NCBI GenBank assembly: GCA_029210695.1 | Contig: JARGFH010000009.1 | Coordinates: 1-64,000 of the forward strand | Length of the DNA stretch: 64,000 bases | From: Acidimicrobiia bacterium | Lineage (GTDB): Bacteria; Actinomycetota; Acidimicrobiia; Spongiisociales; JAHEDJ01 | Direction of reading: 5' to 3' | Shown here: one piece after another, positions 60,636 to 64,000 of the stretch | Position numbering within the stretch: position 1 is the first letter of the stretch | Layout of the letters: every line of letters starts with the position of its first letter | Position numbers and translations under genes: made by a program | Notes under the pieces: model-generated | What the model was told of the DNA's origin: nothing | Seen by the model: only the letters and a program-made list of their open reading frames with translations | Databases searched by the model: none

Positions 60636-60812
60636 ATGTTGGCCGAACTCATCGATCTCGGGCTCACTGCGCTGGCGGTGATGTGGCTCCTGTTCGTTGG
60701 CCTGGTTGTCCACGCTGGTTGGATAGCCGGTCCGGCGATGGACGAGCGAGTTGAAGAAGCCCCGCACGTTTCCGAGGTTCAACTGCCGGTGCTCAGCTCT
60801 CGAAGCGCCTGA
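60636..60812 (+). CDS. Small single-TM hypothetical protein (58 aa), not in ORF track
   Basis: MLAELIDLGLTALAVMWLLFVGLVVHAGW... Confidence 0.4.
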   Translation: MLAELIDLGLTALAVMWLLFVGLVVHAGWIAGPAMDERVEEAPHVSEVQLPVLSSRSA

Positions 60813-60919
60813 CCCTCCGCAGGATCTCCGCGTAGCTCCCCTCTCTGCAGCTGTGGACGCTTGTAGCGTCACTATCTGGTGTCACTCGAGTGAAGCAGCT
60901 TTCCGAAGAGGAGTTTCAG

Positions 60920-61344
60920 ATGGAGCGGAATTGGGCGATCTATCTTGCACGACGGTTGTGGGATTTCCATCCAGGGGTGCGCAGCGGGAACGAGCTAACC
61001 ATGGGCGAACGCGCCGCCGATCGGCTTCGCAACGGCATGGGCTCATGGGCGTTCGTGTTCGTCACACTCCTGTTCCTGGCGACGTGGATGGCGTTCAACC
61101 GCAACACGGGTTTCGATCCGTATCCATTCATCTTGCTCAACTTGCTGCTCTCCTGCGTTGCGGCGCTGCAGGGGGCGGTCCTACTGATTGCCGCTCCCGC
61201 GCCGACCAGATCTCCGCCGAACTGGCCCTCCACGATTACAGCACCAACAACGAGGCTCTCGAACTCATCCGCAAACTCGAGGAGATCACCAAAGACATCC
61301 AGGTACGAGTCGGCGGAGGCGAACCGCCTGAGGGACCACGCTGA
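60920..61344 (+). pseudogene. DUF1003 family membrane protein, frameshifted near 61196
   Basis: GERAAD..GSWAF..FDPYPFILLNLLLS..AALQG..LLIAA in one frame, RADQISAELALHDY in another. Confidence 0.8.
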
Positions 61345-61632
61345 ATGGATGATTCCGTGCCGAGCATGATCGAGCTATCGGCATGAGTGGCGAGGCCGTG
61401 CAAGCCCCCGGGTGGCCGGGCATCGTGCCGACCTGGACATCCAGCGCCAAACAGGGAGTCGGAGCAGCTGTGTCGGAGGCCAGTCGCGTCTGATTCACGC
61501 TAAGTCACGGGATTCTCAACGAGGTGTTCGCGGCCGTTGAAGGCATGGCGATGGCACTCGCCTGTTCATCAGGGTGGATCAACGCGTCCGCGGCTACGTC
61601 GGAATCTCCGACGGATGGCAGGACGTGTCGAA

Positions 61633-61819
61633 ACAATCGCCTCGCTTGCCCCTACACCGGGAGGCCTGGGCGCACTGGAAGCAGCTCTGGTGGCCGGACT
61701 CACCGCGGGCCGGTACCGCAGTCGGTGGAGTTCTCGTGTTCAGGCTGCTGACCTTCTGGCTGCCGATTCTCCCTGGTGCCTGGATGCTGAAGAGCCTTCG
61801 CAGCCGCGGACTCGTTTGA
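61633..61819 (+). pseudogene. 3' remnant of a lysylphosphatidylglycerol-synthase-TM/flippase-like gene
   Basis: APTPGGLGALEAALVAGL, frameshift, then VLVFRLLTFWLPILPG. Confidence 0.7.
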
Positions 61820-61888
61820 CCTACACCGGTTGGAACGCGTTGGCACGGCAGTCATCGATCCACGGCGCGTTCCTGCCACAATGGGCCG

Positions 61889-62860
61889 GTGATCATCGAC
61901 TGCGCTATCTACGACAACGGTGTGCGCCGACCGGGTGACCAGCCGACGGTAGGAGTCCGACGGGCGGCCTCCCAGCCGGGCTCGTTCGTCTGGATCGGCC
62001 TCTACGAACCGACCACTGAAGAATTCGACGCCGTTCGCCGGGAGTTCGACCTGCACGAGCTCGCCGTCGAGGACGCCATGAAGGCGCACCAGCGGCCCAA
62101 ACTCGAGGTCTACGACAACACGCTTTTCGTCGTCTTGAAGAGCGCTCGCTACATCGACCTGGAGGAGGAAATCGAGTTCGGCGAGATCCTTCTCTTCATC
62201 GGCGACGATTTCGCCGTCGTGGTCCGCCACGGCCAGGCGAGCGGACTTACCGAGGCGCGCCTGAGCCTCGAACGCGACCCGGAACTGCTCCGGATGGGCC
62301 CACCCGCCGTGCTGCATCGAGTAATGGACCGGGTAATCGACGATTACGTCCCCGTCGTCGATGGACTGGGCAAAGACATCCAGGAGGTGGAGAAGGAAGT
62401 GTTCTCCACAGAGTGGACGAATCCCGCCGAACGGATCTATTTCCTCAAACGGGAAGTCCTCGAATTCCAGCAAGCGGTGGCCTCGCTGATCGATCCTCTC
62501 AATCGCCTCGGACGAGGATTCTTCGAGGTGATCCCGGACGATATGCGAGAGTATTTCCGGGACATCTCCGACCATGTGCTGCGCTTGTCCGATCAGGTGG
62601 CCGCCTACCGCGACCTCCTCACCAGCGTGCTCGAGGCGACCCTCACCCAGGTGAGTGTCCGCCAGAACGAGGATATGCGCAAGATCTCGGCCTGGGTGGC
62701 GGTGGCAGTGGTCCCTACCCTGATCGCCGGCGTCTTCGGCATGAACTTCCAGCGAATGCCCGGCGTTGATGCCAGCTGGGGGTTTCCCGTCGTCGTAGGT
62801 CTCATGGCCCTCGTGGCAGGAACCCTCTACGGTCTATTCAGGCGAAGCGACTGGCTCTAG
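61889..62860 (+). CDS. corA: Magnesium/cobalt transporter CorA
   Basis: HELAVED, HQRPKLE, QNEDMRKIS, FGMNF. Confidence 0.95.
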   Translation: MIIDCAIYDNGVRRPGDQPTVGVRRAASQPGSFVWIGLYEPTTEEFDAVRREFDLHELAVEDAMKAHQRPKLEVYDNTLFVVLKSARYIDLEEEIEFGEILLFIGDDFAVVVRHGQASGLTEARLSLERDPELLRMGPPAVLHRVMDRVIDDYVPVVDGLGKDIQEVEKEVFSTEWTNPAERIYFLKREVLEFQQAVASLIDPLNRLGRGFFEVIPDDMREYFRDISDHVLRLSDQVAAYRDLLTSVLEATLTQVSVRQNEDMRKISAWVAVAVVPTLIAGVFGMNFQRMPGVDASWGFPVVVGLMALVAGTLYGLFRRSDWL

Positions 62861-62893
62861 CCGGCGTCACCGGACGCATGGTCGCTGCCCGGC

Positions 62894-64000
62894 CTACGGC
62901 TGCTTCCCATCCGGACCGGTGCAGTCGCCGAACCGTTTCAGATCCGCTGCCACCGCTACCCCACCCCGTTCTTCCGCTTCGGCCCGCAGCTTCTGGGCGT
63001 CGTCGAACCTGCCCCGGTGCTCGTACCAGCAAGCCACCCGGATCTTCTCCTGCGCGTAGATGATCGGATATTCGGAGTGCCAGCCGACCGCATCTACCTC
63101 CGTGTCTTGCGCGCCGGGAACCAGCACGAGGTGGAGCACGTCGGCATGTACGACTTTCCACTCACCGCCGTTCACGAGTTCGGCCATTCTCTCCTGCACA
63201 TCGGGGAGGCGCAGCTCGGCGACGATCCACGAGGGCTGCCACTCCTGGATCTGCCCGGCCAGCACATCCGGATCTTGCATGGCCTCGACGCTCTCCAGCA
63301 GGAAGGATTTCGGGTACGTTTCCCAGCGGGGATCCACGAATACTTCGAACCCCTCCCAAATGAGCACATTGGCCGCCGCCCACCCGATGTTGAGCATGCG
63401 GCCTTCGGGTTGGTGTTCGTCGAGATAGTCGATCGTGGCGTCCGGCCACTCCCCTACAGCCCGGCCAATGCCGTACTGGTTGCGAAGAAAGGAATCGGGT
63501 GAATTGAATGTGGTGGCAATGAGGAACGTACAAGCGATGACGGTGATAACCGAAGCCGCCGCACTGAGGAGACGAAAGGGGACCGCTCTGGGCTCTGCTC
63601 GAATGAGCCATCGGACGGCCACACCCATGGTGAGCACACTGAAGAACCCAATTCCTCTCAGTGCCGCCACAACGAGCACAACAGCCAGAACCAGCAGCGC
63701 CGCCTCAAACCACAACCAACGACCGTAGCTTCGGATGCCCGCGTACAGCACAACGCCGAGTGCCACGATCACCACAACTGTTGCGATTGGGTCGGTCCAT
63801 ACCGGAGCCAGTTCAGCCGACTGAGCAGCTCCAGTAGTGGCTCCCTGTGTCAGAACCGTCAAGATCGACTGGTATGGAATCAGCAGTGAACGCACCCCCA
63901 GCGGCGTGATCAAGCTCGCCAACACCCCACCGGCGAAGAGCGCGAGCGGTTGGAGCATGGACTGGTCTCGGTCTTCGTCTGAAAAGCCGAGACGAGCGGA
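62894..64000 (-). CDS. Polytopic membrane protein (5' end outside window), possibly GT-C-like
   Basis: Frame open to window end; several TMs, TP.G motif, FVDPRWETY. Confidence 0.7.
   Translation of the reverse strand, partial: SARLGFSDEDRDQSMLQPLALFAGGVLASLITPLGVRSLLIPYQSILTVLTQGATTGAAQSAELAPVWTDPIATVVVIVALGVVLYAGIRSYGRWLWFEAALLVLAVVLVVAALRGIGFFSVLTMGVAVRWLIRAEPRAVPFRLLSAAASVITVIACTFLIATTFNSPDSFLRNQYGIGRAVGEWPDATIDYLDEHQPEGRMLNIGWAAANVLIWEGFEVFVDPRWETYPKSFLLESVEAMQDPDVLAGQIQEWQPSWIVAELRLPDVQERMAELVNGGEWKVVHADVLHLVLVPGAQDTEVDAVGWHSEYPIIYAQEKIRVACWYEHRGRFDDAQKLRAEAEERGGVAVAADLKRFGDCTGPDGKQP

Overview
GC-rich actinobacterial chromosome segment, probably class Acidimicrobiia (inferred from the Pup-proteasome locus, DUF4193 and gene order). 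The left edge is the end of an integrative element at tRNA-Pro(GGG). It holds a tyrosine integrase, a short repeat array and the 5' part of an IS110-family element that the ORF track missed. Positions 2-37 kb are mostly minus-strand core genes: der, ispH, an aroA-cmk fusion, rluB, scpAB, xerD, pyrG, recN, nadK, tlyA, helY, tatBC, the complete arc-dop-pup-prcBA-pafABC system and trmI. Positions 37-64 kb are accessory or metabolic: MFS, aidB, yihY, nfnAB followed by a Rieske-ThDP fusion enzyme, a very large TPM-domain protein, GT87, ftcD, a 2-oxoacid:ferredoxin oxidoreductase (OFOR), HU, a patch of gene remnants and corA. The main leads are four. (1) A putative low-oxygen ferredoxin regulon (ferredoxin, NfnAB plus Rieske-ThDP enzyme, OFOR) shares DosR/OsdR-like boxes. 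(2) A GT87 gene is driven by a duplicated, synonymously diverged ftcD 5' end that forms a coupled leader ORF. (3) An IS110 element is inserted at the edge of a 12-bp tandem array. (4) There are several unannotated small ORFs and non-canonical features (CTG start, PrcB cleavage site, TatB 11-mer repeats). No CRISPR array or rRNA was seen. All product calls come from motif recognition by eye; no database searches were run.
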